Shown here piece after piece: positions 19,501 to 31,917 of a stretch of DNA of 64,000 nucleotides (its first letter is position 1; each line of letters opens with the position of its first letter). Source of the stretch: the human T2T-CHM13v2.0 reference genome, Homo sapiens. Both the position numbers and the translations under genes were made by a program. The notes under the pieces were generated by a model. It saw nothing but the letters and a program-made list of their open reading frames with translations. It was not told the DNA's origin and searched no databases. The stretch covers positions 5,888,001 through 5,952,000 of the forward strand of contig CP086569.2 in assembly GCA_009914755.4 (NCBI GenBank). Direction: 5' to 3'.

Positions 19501-20735
19501 GCATCCTATATCTCTATGTTCAGTTGGGCTATTTATCTTTGGTGTGATTTTTCTGTTCCCCAAATTAAGGTACATTTTGACAAGGCTAGCCAAAACAGGA
19601 GGTGAGCCAAATAAACCCATATGAAATGTGTATTATACCATCCTGAAATTGAGTTTTTGATTGGGGTATCATTATTTTCTTCTCTTTTAGCTGGGGCAGT
19701 GCCACAGCAAAAGATAGTGAGCCAGTTTTCTTCTACCAAGAAGCTCTTCTTATGTCCCTTATTTAGTAAAGTATAACTCATAGGGCAATAATATACAGTA
19801 TCCTTAGTCATACTAGAGTTAAGGTTGCCAGACTATTTTTGTGATGAACGAATAAAATTTTTATACTGTATTCAGTCTTGTCCTTGGAGGAGTGATACCC
19901 ACCATGGTAGGCCAGAACCACTGGACTGGAGCATGAGGCCACATATACAGCAAGAATTTTTGTGTAATCTGTCAGCATAGTTTGGGAATCATTGCAAAAA
20001 GAGGTTTTCTTCATGGGCAACAGCTTGTGGTAGTAGTACCAGGACATAAGGACTAAGGATAAAAATAATTTTAGTGAGCGCTTATAAAAGAAAATCTTCT
20101 GTATCTCTTAACAATTTTTAGTATTAAACATTTATTTAGCTACAAGCCTGGTCCACAGTTTTGAGTTTTAGCTGTCTGTATCACATGCCATCTTTTTCTC
20201 AGCCTGGTGTCAAGTTAATTCAAAGTTGGAGGTCACCTTCTGGAGAAACAGTGAAATCAGAAGTCTCAACCTTCTTTAGATAATACATATGAATCCATGA
20301 ATTTATGCCTTCTAACGTAGCAGTGCAAGGGTTGTTAAGGAGTACCTGATAATGTCCATACCACTTTGGTAAAAGAGAGGTGTTTTTTTTTTTAAATAAA
20401 TATTGTTTCCAATAGACAAAATCTCCTAGTTGAAGTCCATGGTCCTTGGAAGTTTTGTTTTCTGGGAGTTCACAGTGAAAACGTTATTTTACTAATTTAT
20501 AATTTGTATATAATTGTGTCATAAGGCCATTACAACAGCTAAACATGTCTCCGTTTGCTATTAAAGGCATAGTTTCCTGGAGACAATTTCACAGATCTGC
20601 CTTTTATCATTTTGAATGGGGATAACTGGTGCTTGCCAAAAATGTTCAACCCCAGACTAAGAAGAATCCATGGAAGAGCTTTTGGCCAAGGAATTTAAAA
20701 GCCTCATTTGATTTTTTGAACTGAGTTTTGATTAT

Positions 20736-20981
20736 TCAGTTCATCAGTTCCACTAACCCAGATGACAGGGGATGGTAAACACAATGGAAATGTTGGAGAA
20801 TGGGCCAAATTTTACACACCAATTGAATTATTTGTCTAGTGAAGTGAGTGCCACTGTTGCTATGAGTTTCCAGAACTCCCAAGGTTGGAATATTTTTTTG
20901 TAAGTGAATTTTACTCACCAACAAGCCTTTTGCTATTTTGTGTGAAAATGCCTCTACCCATTCTGAAAATGTGCAAATCAT
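20736..20981 (-). CDS. ERV pol fragment: integrase catalytic core (gamma-type)
   Basis: FSEWVEAFSHKIAKGLLVSKIHLQKNIPTLGVLETHSNSGTHFTRQIIQLVCKIWPILQHFHCVYHPLSSGLVELMN aligns to MLV-type IN ([47 protein letters not shown]...[23 protein letters not shown]). Confidence 0.7.
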   Translation of the reverse strand: MICTFSEWVEAFSHKIAKGLLVSKIHLQKNIPTLGVLETHSNSGTHFTRQIIQLVCKIWPILQHFHCVYHPLSSGLVELMN

Positions 20982-21489
20982 TACCAGAGCATATTTGCAT
21001 GTTTTTCGAAGATGGTAACTGGGTGAAATCTAATTGCTGTGCCTGAAAAGGGGCCTTGGGTGAAGGAAAATGTCCTTGAGAGCTATGTAGTAATTTCCTT
21101 AGATTATATTTTTAACAAACGTAATAGCAATTTCATACCTTATGAGCTATAAGAAGTTTCCAAAAATATTGTTTTTCCCAAGCAATTGTTTTGTCAGGGC
21201 TCCAGTGAGTTAGGTCTTGTATATAGGTTAAAAATGGTAACCGCAATTCAGCAGCAAGTATAGGCAAATTGTTTGGCCCATACTATACCTTTTCTTTGCG
21301 GGAAGATATTTCCTTTTTGTTTTCCAACTTTTCTGTTCTAATATTGGAGCTCTGGATTGAGCTAATTTTATGTTAAATTCAGAGTTTTTTTAAAGTTAAT
21401 ATAGATCTCTTTTTATTTTCTGTTGGTTCGTTCGTTTGTTTGTTTGTTTAGATGCATTTAGAACAGCTTTGTGCTACTTTATCAGCTAG

Positions 21490-21726
21490 CTAATTTCCTT
21501 TGCTTTCTGGTGTATCTGATTTCAAATGGCCTGAGATTTTAATTATGGCCAGCGATTTTGGGAATAATATGTCTTCCAACAATTGTAAAATTGTCTGCTC
21601 ATTTTCTATGAATTGACGAGAAGAGGCTAAAAATTCTCTCTGTTCCCATTGTATTCCATAATTATGAGCTACTTTGAAAGCATATCTACTGTTTGTATAG
21701 ATATTAGCAGTTACTCTTTTTGACAA
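21490..21726 (-). CDS. ERV pol fragment: RNase H domain (degraded)
   Basis: ...ANIYTNSRYAFKVAHNYGIQWEQREFLASSRQFIENEQTILQLLEDILFPKSLAIIKISGHLKSDTPESKGN matches the retroviral RNase H pattern (vyTDSryaf..H..g..W..rgflts.g..i.n...i..Ll.a...P..vaiihc.gHqk.....a.GN). Confidence 0.65.
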   Translation of the reverse strand: MSKRVTANIYTNSRYAFKVAHNYGIQWEQREFLASSRQFIENEQTILQLLEDILFPKSLAIIKISGHLKSDTPESKGN

Positions 21727-22821
21727 TCAACAAGCCCTAATCAATAAAATTAATTCTGCTTTTGGAGCTGAGGTGGCTTCTGGAAGTTAAACACGTTCTG
21801 TTTTTTCAGTTAAAGATAATATTGAGTAGCTTGCACGGTAAGTCCCAGATACGTCCTTTAAGATCCATCTTTAAACCAAACTACATCAGCATAATTAAGG
21901 AGACTCTCTTCTCGTAGGACAGAGAAGTTGAAAAGTTAAGGTTATTCAATTGTGCAGTGTTTCATCTGAAAGTAAAGGCAGAAGAACTGCAGGACTTAGA
22001 TTTTTATGCCTAGAGATGGTGATATGAGAAGCTGAAAAAAGTAAAACTTCATATAAAGCTAATCTGCTAACTGAATAACGTTGAGTGTGGTGAAGGTTAG
22101 CAATGATTTCACAAAATGAGGGATGAAAATACTATGGGATATCCCCTTTACAATTTCTTCAGTTGCCTTAACCAACAAAGCAGTGACTATTATGGCAGTG
22201 CCACAAGGTGGTAGCTCTATAGCCACCGGGTATAACTGATGGCTATAATACCCTAACAGGTTCATTTTGGTCTCAATGTATTTGAGTTAGGACCCTCAAA
22301 AGTGTTAGCACTACTTTCACGTATATATAATGAAAATGAAAAATTATAATTTGGATGCCCCAAAGCTGAGGTATTAGCAAGGTAATATTTTATCATTTCT
22401 AATGTTAGTTGATCTTTTGTCCAATCTAGAGGGTCTAGTATGTCTCGTTTTAAGACAGCATATAAGGGCTGGCATTTTAAGACATAGCTTGGGATTCATT
22501 TTTTAAAATATCCTGTCATTCCCCCAAACCCTCTCAACACTTTCTTGGTTCTTGGTGGTAGAAAAGCTAAGATCTCTTTTAGTCTGTCTGGATTAATAAA
22601 AATTCCTTCCTTGGATATTAGATAACCTAAGTAGTTTACTTGTTTTTTTGACAAAATTGAAGTTTACCTTTAGAAGCCTTGTGTCTCTTTAAGGCTAATT
22701 GTTGTAACAAGTGAATCTCATTTTCAATAGAGACTTGCTTATCCTCTTAGCAGAGGAGTAAATTATCTATCTATTGTATTAACATACATTTTTAAAGTCA
22801 ATATCTGAGAGAGATCTTTTA

Positions 22822-23095
22822 CTATCTGTAAAAAGTTTGGCTCTTAGTATAGTACTGAGGCTTGACTGTCCACATGTATTGTCTGTTTTCCAAAGTGAAA
22901 ACAAAGAGAAATGAACTATTTTTATTCATAGAAATACTAAGGAATATATAACATAAGTCTATTATAGTAAAGAACTCACCTTCAGTTGGAATGGCAGCTG
23001 ACAATGTATATGAATTTGGCATTTCTAGATGTTGGGGAATAACAATGTTTTTAATTGCTCTCAGATTCTGTACAATCATCCATCCTCTACCATCT
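22822..23095 (-). CDS. ERV pol fragment: reverse transcriptase fingers/palm (degraded, not a host gene)
   Basis: Translation ...WMIVQNLRAIKNIVIPQHLEMPNSYTLSAAIPTEGEFFTIIDLCYIFLSI...RQYMWTVKPQYYTKSQTF aligns to gamma/beta-retroviral RT (YRPVQDLREVNKRV...VPNPYNLLSGLP...YTVLDLKDAFF...QLTWTRLPQGFKNSPTLF). Confidence 0.65.
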
Positions 23096-23103
23096 GGTAT
23101 CCT

Positions 23104-25200
23104 TAGAGAAAAGAGAATGCTTATACACTGTTGCTGGGAATGTGTATTAGTTCTGTCACTGAAGAAAGCAGTTTTGAGATTTCTCAAAGAAGGATTGGAG
23201 TGTTACATGGTCTTTACAGAGAATAGTCTGTCTTCTTTTTGTATAATTTGAAGGCTATTCCTATCAAACTACCAATGTCATTTCTTCACAGAATTGAAAA
23301 AAAAACTTCTCTAAATTTCATGTGGAATCAAAAAAAAAAAAAAAAAGAACCTGGATAGCTAAAGCAATCCTAAGCAAAAAGGACAAAGCTGGAGGCCTCA
23401 CATTACTTAACTTCAAACTGTGCTATAAGTCTACAGTAACCAAAAGAGCATGGTACTGGTACAAAAACAGACACATAGGCCAGTGGATCATAATAAACAA
23501 CCCAGAAATAAAGCTGTATGCCTACAGCCATTTGATCTTTGACAAAGTTGACAAAATAAGCAATGGATAAAGGACTCCAAATTCAATAGATGGTGCTAAG
23601 ATAGCTGGCTAGCCATATGCAGAAGATCAAAACTGGACCTCTTCCTTACACATTATACAAAAATCAACTCAAGGTGGATTAAATACTTAAATATAAAACC
23701 TAAAACTATAAAAACCCTGGAATACAACCTAGTCAATACCATTCTACACATAGGAGTGGGCAAAGATTTCATGACAAAGAGGCCAAAAGCAATTGCAACA
23801 AATGGAAAAAAAAAATTAACCAATGGGATCTAATTAAACTAAAGAACTTCTGCACAGCAAAAGACCATACCAACAGAGTAAACAAACTATTGCATTTAAC
23901 AAAGGTCTAATATTCAGAATCTATAAGGAATTTAAACAATTTAAAAAGCAAATAACAAATAATTCCATTTAAAATGGGCAAAGCATTAATAAGAATGAAA
24001 CTGTGTCCTTGCAGCAGCATGGATGCCTGAGTGCAGCTGGAGGCTATTATTCTAAGTGAATTAATGTAGAAACAGAAAACCAAATACTACATGTTCTCAC
24101 TTATAAGAGGGAGCTAAACACTGAGTACACATGGGCACTAAGAAGAGAACAATAGACTCCACAGCTTTCTTGGAGGTGGAGGGTGGGAGGAGGGTGAAGA
24201 CTAAAAAATTACCTACTGGGTACTATGCTCACTACCTGGGTGTCAAAATCATTTTTACATCAAACCCCAGCAACACACAATTTACCCATGTCACAAACCT
24301 GCCCACGTACCCCCTAAACCTAAAAGTTTGAAGGAAAAAAATGGCAAAAAAACATGAACAGACATTTCTCAAAAGACATGTGAGTGTCTGATAAACATAT
24401 GAAAAATGCTCTTTATCACTAATCATCAGAAAAATGCAAGTCAAAACCACAATGCAATATCATCTCACACCAGTCAGAATTGCTATTAGTAAAAAGTAAA
24501 AAAAAAAAAAAATAGCAGGTGCTGGAGAAGCTATGGAGAAAAGAGAATGCTTATACACTGTTGGTGGTAATGTAAATTAGTTTGGCCTCTGTAGAAAGCA
24601 GTGTGGAGATTTTTCAAAGAACTTAAAAAAACAAAACTACCATTCAACCCACAACTGCATTCCTGGGTATATACCTAAAGGAAAATAAATCATTCTGTAA
24701 AAAAGACACATTCACTCATATGCTTATTGCAGCACTATTTACAATAGCAAATACATGGAATCAACTTATGTTTCCATCAGTGGTAGATTCGCTGAAGAAA
24801 ATGTGGTACATATACCATGGAATATGCCATAGAATACTATGCAACCATAAGACAGAATGAAATAATATCCTTTGCAGCAACATGGATGCAGCTGGAAGTG
24901 AATTAATGCAGGAACAAAAACCAAATATATCAAGTTCTCACTAATAAATGGGAGCTCAACATTGGGTACTCATGGACATAAAGATGGAAACAATAGACAC
25001 TGGAGACCACTAGAGCGGGAAGGGAGAAAAAGAGAGGGGCATAGGTTCAAAAACTAACTATTGGATACTATTCTTACTATCTGGTGACAGGATCATTATT
25101 ACCCCAAACCTCAGCCTCATGCAATATATTCACGTAACAAACCTGTACATGTATCCCCTGAATCTAAAAGAAAAGTTGGAATTAAAATAATAATAATAAT
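23104..25200 (+). mobile_element. Cluster of rearranged L1 fragments, sense orientation (ORF2 C-terminal pieces and two L1 3' ends ending ~24350 and ~25200)
   Basis: ORF 23322..23570 matches L1 ORF2p ([45 protein letters not shown]...LIFDK). Two L1 3' termini are seen (...cccatgtcacaaacctgcccacgtaccccctaaacctaaaagtttgaagg and ...cacgtaacaaacctgtacatgtatcccctgaatctaaaagaaaagttggaattaaaataataataataataaaaaaa) plus the ORF2 C-terminus (cagaaaaatgcaagtcaaaaccacaatgcaatatcatctcacaccagtcagaattgc). Confidence 0.85.
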
Positions 25201-27044
25201 AAAAAAATAAGGAAATTATAGGCTTGATCCCTTTTAGTGTTTAAGTTCTCAAATGATGTTGTTTAACATTTGAATGAGTTTTTGATGGATCTATTTGAAC
25301 ACTGATTGGGGTGGCAAAGATGATTCTTCCGATATCATTGGAAGACTTTGATCATAACTGATCAGGCACTACCTTTAGAAGGTTTTATAATCTTTCATTG
25401 CTCAATAATTGAGTGTCTTCTATGGCAACATGGAATGCAATTGAATTTTATTTTGAACTCTTCTTTATGTCTAGTAACACAGTTTTATATCTTTTTCTAA
25501 ATTCAATTTTCCCTTTTTGGGAGAAAAGCATGTGGGTATTATATAATTCCTAGAAGTCTCTTTCTGTAAGATGGAGGGGGGCTAATATAACCAGAAGGCA
25601 AATGTGAGTCCTTTGACACCTAGTTGAAAAGTTAGTGGCTGAGACTTGTATGCTGATACAGGAGTATTTGTGACACATACCGTTTAAATTTTTTGTTTAC
25701 TCTGAGCAATGGAATCTTGTCATAAGGTGGAATTTCTTACATATAGTGTGGATCCACATCAGCAAGAGCTTGTGCTCACAACAAGAGCTTGCGTTAGTTA
25801 TCTATTTAAAATAATTTTTATTTTTCTCAAAGTGGAAACAGAGACATAAACTTAAGTATATAATTTAAATTTCTTGGCAAAACCAACAGGGTCCTGGTGA
25901 GAATCAGGTAGTTTATTAATTATTTCTTTAAGTTCTACCGTTGACTATGATTGATCTTCTAGGTCAGGTTCTACCCTACCTGATACACGCTGTTGAAGAA
26001 ATGGAGCTAAAACATTAGGAGCAGGAGGAGGCATAGGAAGTAGATCTGGGCAGGTAGTTCAGATATTATCAGATTAAGAAAAGGAGAGGCTGAGAGTGGA
26101 TAAGGAGAAATTTTCAAAGCCTTTTTAAACTCACGAATTGTTCTAGACAAGTTTTTGTTCCTCCTTTTGTAAAGAAATAACTTTATTAGAATGCTTTTTG
26201 GAAACTTCCAAATATCACTGAAAACAACTCTCCCAATTATTCTGTTTAATATGGAGCCAGCCTTTTTTGGATTGAGAATGCAAGTAAATTAGTTTAGGCA
26301 TTTCAAAGGTATCCCAGTTTGGCCACCACAGTTTTGTTTTTTCCACAAGTTATGTGATACCATTTTTTAAAATAGCAACAGGAGGTGGCCCCATAAATGT
26401 TTCACATGATTCCAGCTGTAGTTTCTATATTTGAATCTCTCCTTAAGAGGAAAGACTTGGTTTTGGATAGACTGTTGATTATAATTTGGGTTCTCTTCTT
26501 AAGTGATTCAAGACTGTAAGGGAAATTTTGGCCACACAAAAATGAAGTTTAGACAGTCAATGGGGAAAGGATAATCTCTTCAGTAATTGGTGCATGTGTT
26601 CCCTTTGTGCCCTCGTCAAAAAGTAGTTGAATACATGTGGGCTCTCTCTTCTGTTCCACTGGTCTATGTGGCTGATTTCATCACAGTATGATGCTTTTTC
26701 TAAGGTTTGGTCATAACCAGCACCAAAAAACAGCAAGCTGCGCCATTCCCCCAGCTATTCTACTTCTTCACGCTGCTTAGCTGGGGTTTTGGGGACTTGA
26801 ATTCCCTTGACAGTTTCTCTACAACTGTCTTTCTCCCATTTCTGTGCTGGCTCCATACTAAATGAACAGTGTATCCTTACCACAGCTAGATGTGCCTATT
26901 TTATGTAAATCTAAGTAATTCATTTCAAGATTAAGATATCATTATAAAGCAATTACAACTGGAGATTGTTAATGAATATCTTTCCCTTTATTTGTGTGTG
27001 TCTGTGTGTGTGAGAGAGACAGAGAGAAACAGAGATAGAAACAA

Positions 27045-27190
27045 GGTCTTACTCTGTTGCCCAGGCTGGAGTGCAGTGGCGTGATTCACAGTAGCCTCAA
27101 ACTCCCAATATTAAGAGATTATCCCACCTCTGCCTCCTGAGTACATGGGACCACAGGCACACACCACTGCATCTGGCTATTTTTATTTTG
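27045..27190 (-). mobile_element. Alu right-arm fragment (antisense)
   Basis: ggtcttactctgttgcccaggctggagtgcagtggcgtgattcac...cctgagtacatgggaccacaggcacacaccactgcatctggctatttttatttt is the reverse complement of the Alu right monomer. Confidence 0.85.
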
Positions 27191-27370
27191 GCATAAATAA
27201 GCTCTTATCATATTGTGCACCTGGTCTCAAATGATCCTCGAAAATAGTTTCTAAAGAAGTATTTCTACTTTAGTGCTTACCTGGACTTCATCTGGATTCA
27301 TGTGACCTCCAGGGCTTCATTCAAATTGAAATGTGGAAATAATAAGATTTTTCTTGATTTTTTTTCCCCA

Positions 27371-28246
27371 GAAAAAGCTCAGGAGCCCTGGCCCTAGTCC
27401 AAGTGGGGCTTAGTCATCTTCTGGAATCTGCCCAAGCTGACTGTGAGCATTGACCATGCCATACCCTACCTAGCTCCCAAGGGACCTCTAGGACCTGGGT
27501 TGATCTTCCTGAAGCAGCCACTACATTTTCAACCCCTGGTGTTTCCTCTATGCTTGGAGGAAAGTCTGGAACAGGAGAAATTTACACAACTATATGACTA
27601 TTGGCTATCTAGCTGGTCCCTTATGAGGGCTGAGTAATGAAGAAGACCCTGGGATGGAAGAGAAGCATGTTTGGAAAGAGAATAGTATCCTCTCTTGAAT
27701 AATAAAAAAAAAAAACTGTATTTCTCTTCACCATACTTCCCCCTCTAATCTAGGCTAAATTTGAAAACAAACAAACACAAACACCTCTTCTGTGTTTTCT
27801 ATCAGGAAGTTCTGGAATTCTGCAAAAAGGGCACCTGAGCAACCAACAAGTCAGCCCTTGTGCCCAATTGTGCCCCAAGCTGAATGAATTCACTTTTTGT
27901 GTAGAGGCCAAGACAGCTGTTGGGGAGGCTGGCTGTAAGGGGACAAATTCATGGGGTATGAATGCCAGGAAGAAAGAGGAATATCTTGCACACTAAAAGT
28001 TACTTCTGGCCCTCCTTCAAAATATTGATTCATATCTTGTATCTTTGTTTCTTGCAGCGTGACTTGGGAGCACCTTTCGTATGCCATCTACAGCAAAAGG
28101 ACACTTGGGTGCAAGTGGGAATCTTGAGTCACTTTGAGGAGCATTGCACAAAGCCGTGTGTCTTCAGCCAAGTGCACCCTTTTCTTTCTGGCTCCTGGGA
28201 GTGCCATGGCCTAGCCATGCACCCTGGCACCACCAGGGGCCCATGA
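27371..28246 (+). pseudogene. Trypsin-like (S1 family) serine-protease pseudogene fragments, copy A: exon-3-like 27371-27640, exon-4-like 27804-27958, last-exon-like 28058-28246
   Basis: Each segment is flanked by a polypyrimidine-AG acceptor. Exon-3-like: ...LIFLKQPLHFQPLVFPLCLEESLEQEKFTQLYDYWLSSWS (pattern DIMLLKL...V..LP....G..C..SGWG). Exon-4-like: ILQKGHLSNQQVSPCAQLCPKLNEFTFCVEAKTAVGEAGCK (LQC......C...Y.g.it.nMfCAG...GgkdsC). Last-exon-like: RDLGAPFVCHLQQKDTWVQVGILSHFEEHCTKPCVFSQVHPFLSGSWEC then stop (GDSGGPLVC....W.L.GIvSWG.gCA....PGVYT.V..yl.WI). The catalytic Ser is replaced (GDSGGP -> RDLGAP) and reading frames are not continuous between exons. Confidence 0.5.
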
Positions 28247-29720
28247 CTACCTCTGCTTCCATGTCCCTTTCAGTCTCTGCTTCTAAAGATGCCTTGACTT
28301 TTATCTCCACTCCCACTTCCATTTGGCCACACTTCATCTCTCTGCCACAGCCTCAGAGTAAGGCTCAAAACCTTGGTAGGCAAAGCCAAAGAAGAAGGTA
28401 ATTGAAATAGAAAAGAGTAGATGGAAGGAGAGAGGAGAGAAAGCTCTTCCTGAAAAATGCACAATATTTTATCTCCCAAATCATGGAAGTTATTTCCTTA
28501 TGGCTTACAAAGGCATTTCATACTTGATATATTATTCAATTTCCATAGTATCCCTATAGATTATGATAGAGATCATTTAACATGATTATTATAGTTATCT
28601 TAAATGTGTATTCTGATACTAGATAAGTAGAATGGATTGATCGATTTCTCATGGCAAAAGATGAATAGGGCTAATATTAAGACACACTCTCCTAACACAA
28701 AGACATTTCTTTACTACCACACAGTAGCTTGCATTTGTAATAGAGTTATTTTAAATTAAGTATATTTTAAGTTAAAGATATTTTGATGTTTGGAAACAGT
28801 GTAATAGTTGGTAAGTAATGAGTTTTAGGTGCTGGTGTACTAGATTGGGTTACGTTGCTATTATCAGTTTCCCCCTTCCTTTGGCTATCAGAAAACCTAT
28901 CACAATATTAGCAATGGCTATTTCACATTACTGTACTTCTACTTGTTTCCTTAGAAATTGAGGGATCTCTTTTGGTCTCATGAGTTAAATGTGCACTTAG
29001 CCACAGCTATTTTATAGCTACCACCTATCGCCATAGTTACAGTGAATAATACACTTAAAACATAAAAGAGGCCATAATTATTTGCTCACATCCTCCAAAG
29101 TCTAACTCAAAGACAACTACACTTAAGATCTTAGTTATGCTTCTAATTTCATCTATACTTCCTTACCCCTTCTACAGACAGGTTATCTTCAACATTTTTA
29201 TCTCTCTCTATATATATATAAACGAGCATTGCTTCAACTCAGTTTTCTGAGGAACGCTAAAATAATTTTAAAAATATGAGCTCTTTCCTGAACCTCAATC
29301 TTGAATTTTCTATTTAAACTATTGGTTTGATATCTCACTAAAATTGTAAGTTTAGGAAGAAAAGCCCCCTCCATTTTAGAGACAGGTGCTTTATCTCCAA
29401 ATTTTTCATTATTTATTAATACATTCAAATCATTACATTTTCTGTTGCCTATCTACTTCAGTGATTTCTGGGTAGCTACAATCATGGATATATAAATGTT
29501 GCAATGGGGGAGAAAGCTGGGATGACTCCCAATATTTTGATTAAAGAAATTTAAGCTATGACATAAAGAAACTATGAACTCAGAAAGATAGTAAGAGGAA
29601 CACTTCTTTTCAAGAAAAATGCATGAACACAAAAGACGTAGAAGTTTGTCTTTGCTGGTCATATTTAACAATGCTAATTTGGTTAGCACAAATAGGAGGG
29701 ATTTAAAACTTAAAAAAATG

Positions 29721-30025
29721 GGCCAGGTGCGGTGGCTCACACCTGTAATCCCAGAACTTTGGGAGGCTGAGGCGGGCGGATCCCGAGGTCAGGAGATCGA
29801 GACCATCCTGGCTAACATGGTGAAACCCCGTCTCTACTAAAAAATACAAAAAAAATTAGCCAGGCACAGTGATGGACATCTGTGATCCCAGCTACTCAGG
29901 AGGCTGAGGCAGGAGAATGGCAGGAACCCAGGAGGCGGAGTTTGCACTGAGCAGAGAGCACGCCACTGCACTCCAGGCTGGGAAACAGAGTGAGGCTCCG
30001 TCTCACAAAAAAAAAAAAAAAAAAA
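29721..30025 (+). mobile_element. Alu, full length (AluS/Y-like)
   Basis: ggccaggtgcggtggctcacacctgtaatcccagaactttgggaggctgaggcgggcggatcccgaggtcaggagatcgagaccatcctggctaacatggtgaaaccccgtctctactaaaaaatacaaaaaaaattagccaggcac...gcactgagcagagagcacgccactgcactccaggctgggaaacagagtgaggctccgtctcac + A20 tail. Confidence 0.95.
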
Positions 30026-31292
30026 AGATCTACAGATGGCAATTCTATTCAAATTAGCACAATTAGCTTATTTTTCTCCTCAGCTTCAGCAGATCAGATT
30101 TCTCTGCAATATGCCATGCCTTGGCAGGCTGGGATCATCAGCTGTGGCAGTCAGGTCTACAGCGGGTCCATAGTTAGCAGCTCATGGGTTCTCATAGCTG
30201 CCCACTGTGTCAGGAACATGTAAGTTTGTGCCTGCCTCTTCCCATATCCTATGATTTATGATCCCATAAGTACATTGCTGAAGGTTTCTCTGTCCTAATT
30301 CACTTCTATAATACATGAGCATCTCACTTATATGGATAACATTTTTGTTTTAGGCTAAAAAGAAATTTTGTCACAGTGTTTGGCTTATTAGTACCTCTGT
30401 TAGTCAATTCCTCTGCAATCCCCTTGTCTATGAACTCTTTATCCATAGATTTCTGATTTCTCTGAAGATGAGCTAGGGACCTTATGTATCATAAATAAAG
30501 AAATATGCTAGAAAGCCTGATGTAGGTTTAAGGTTCAGGTTTTCTAATGAATGTATTGTAATAAATCTTTGCCTATGCACACAGGAGTCCTGAAGACACT
30601 GCTGTGATACTGGGCCTGAGGCATCCTGGGGCACAACTGAGAGTTGTGAAGGTGTCTACCATTCTGCTGCATGAGAGATTCTGGTTGGTGAGTGGAGCAG
30701 CAAGAAATATCCTGGCATTGCTACTCCTCCAAGATGTCCAGACTCCCATTCGGCTCTCAGCACTCCGGCTGTCTGAAGAATCTGAATAGTCCAGAAGGCT
30801 GGCTCTCTGGGGCACAAATTATTACACCAGGTCAGTGTTACTTTTTCTCACTGGGGTAGCAGTTGTAAAAAATAAATGAGATTTGTATTTTTAATATTAT
30901 GTTTCAAGGAGTAACTGTAATCACAATTGTATACATTACTAATAATAAGATGTTTAATCCACACAAGAGACCCACTAGGAAATGTGTTTTTGTTTTATAA
31001 GATGATGGTTCTGATGATAACTTCACAAGATTTTAGATCTGAAAACATTTATATGAGGATCTTTCTCTGTACAGTCAATTTTATAAACCAAAGTAGACAT
31101 GATTGGTTTTCCAACTCTTTGCTAACTTCAAAACAAAGGAAAAAGAAGGTTTTTTGATTTGTTTTCTTTTTACCTCTTTATGAAAATGAAGCTGAACTTG
31201 ACTTGGCATTTGGAATTTCTTAAGTAAAATTTACTTGTTACTTTTGAAGAGTGGCATTTAAAAAGTGATTAAAGAATGACAATGTTGTCCAC

Positions 31293-31917
<625 letters not shown>

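Larger units (their letters stand above)
19150..23095 (-). mobile_element. Gammaretrovirus-like (class I) ERV internal region, pol recognisable; 5' part truncated by L1 at ~23095; left boundary uncertain (may extend to ~18066)
   Basis: Minus-strand ORFs in the correct 5'->3' order for retroviral pol: RT (22822..23187, from ~23095 downward), RT/RNase H connection (22059..22265), RNase H (21490..21726), integrase core (20736..20981). Confidence 0.7.
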
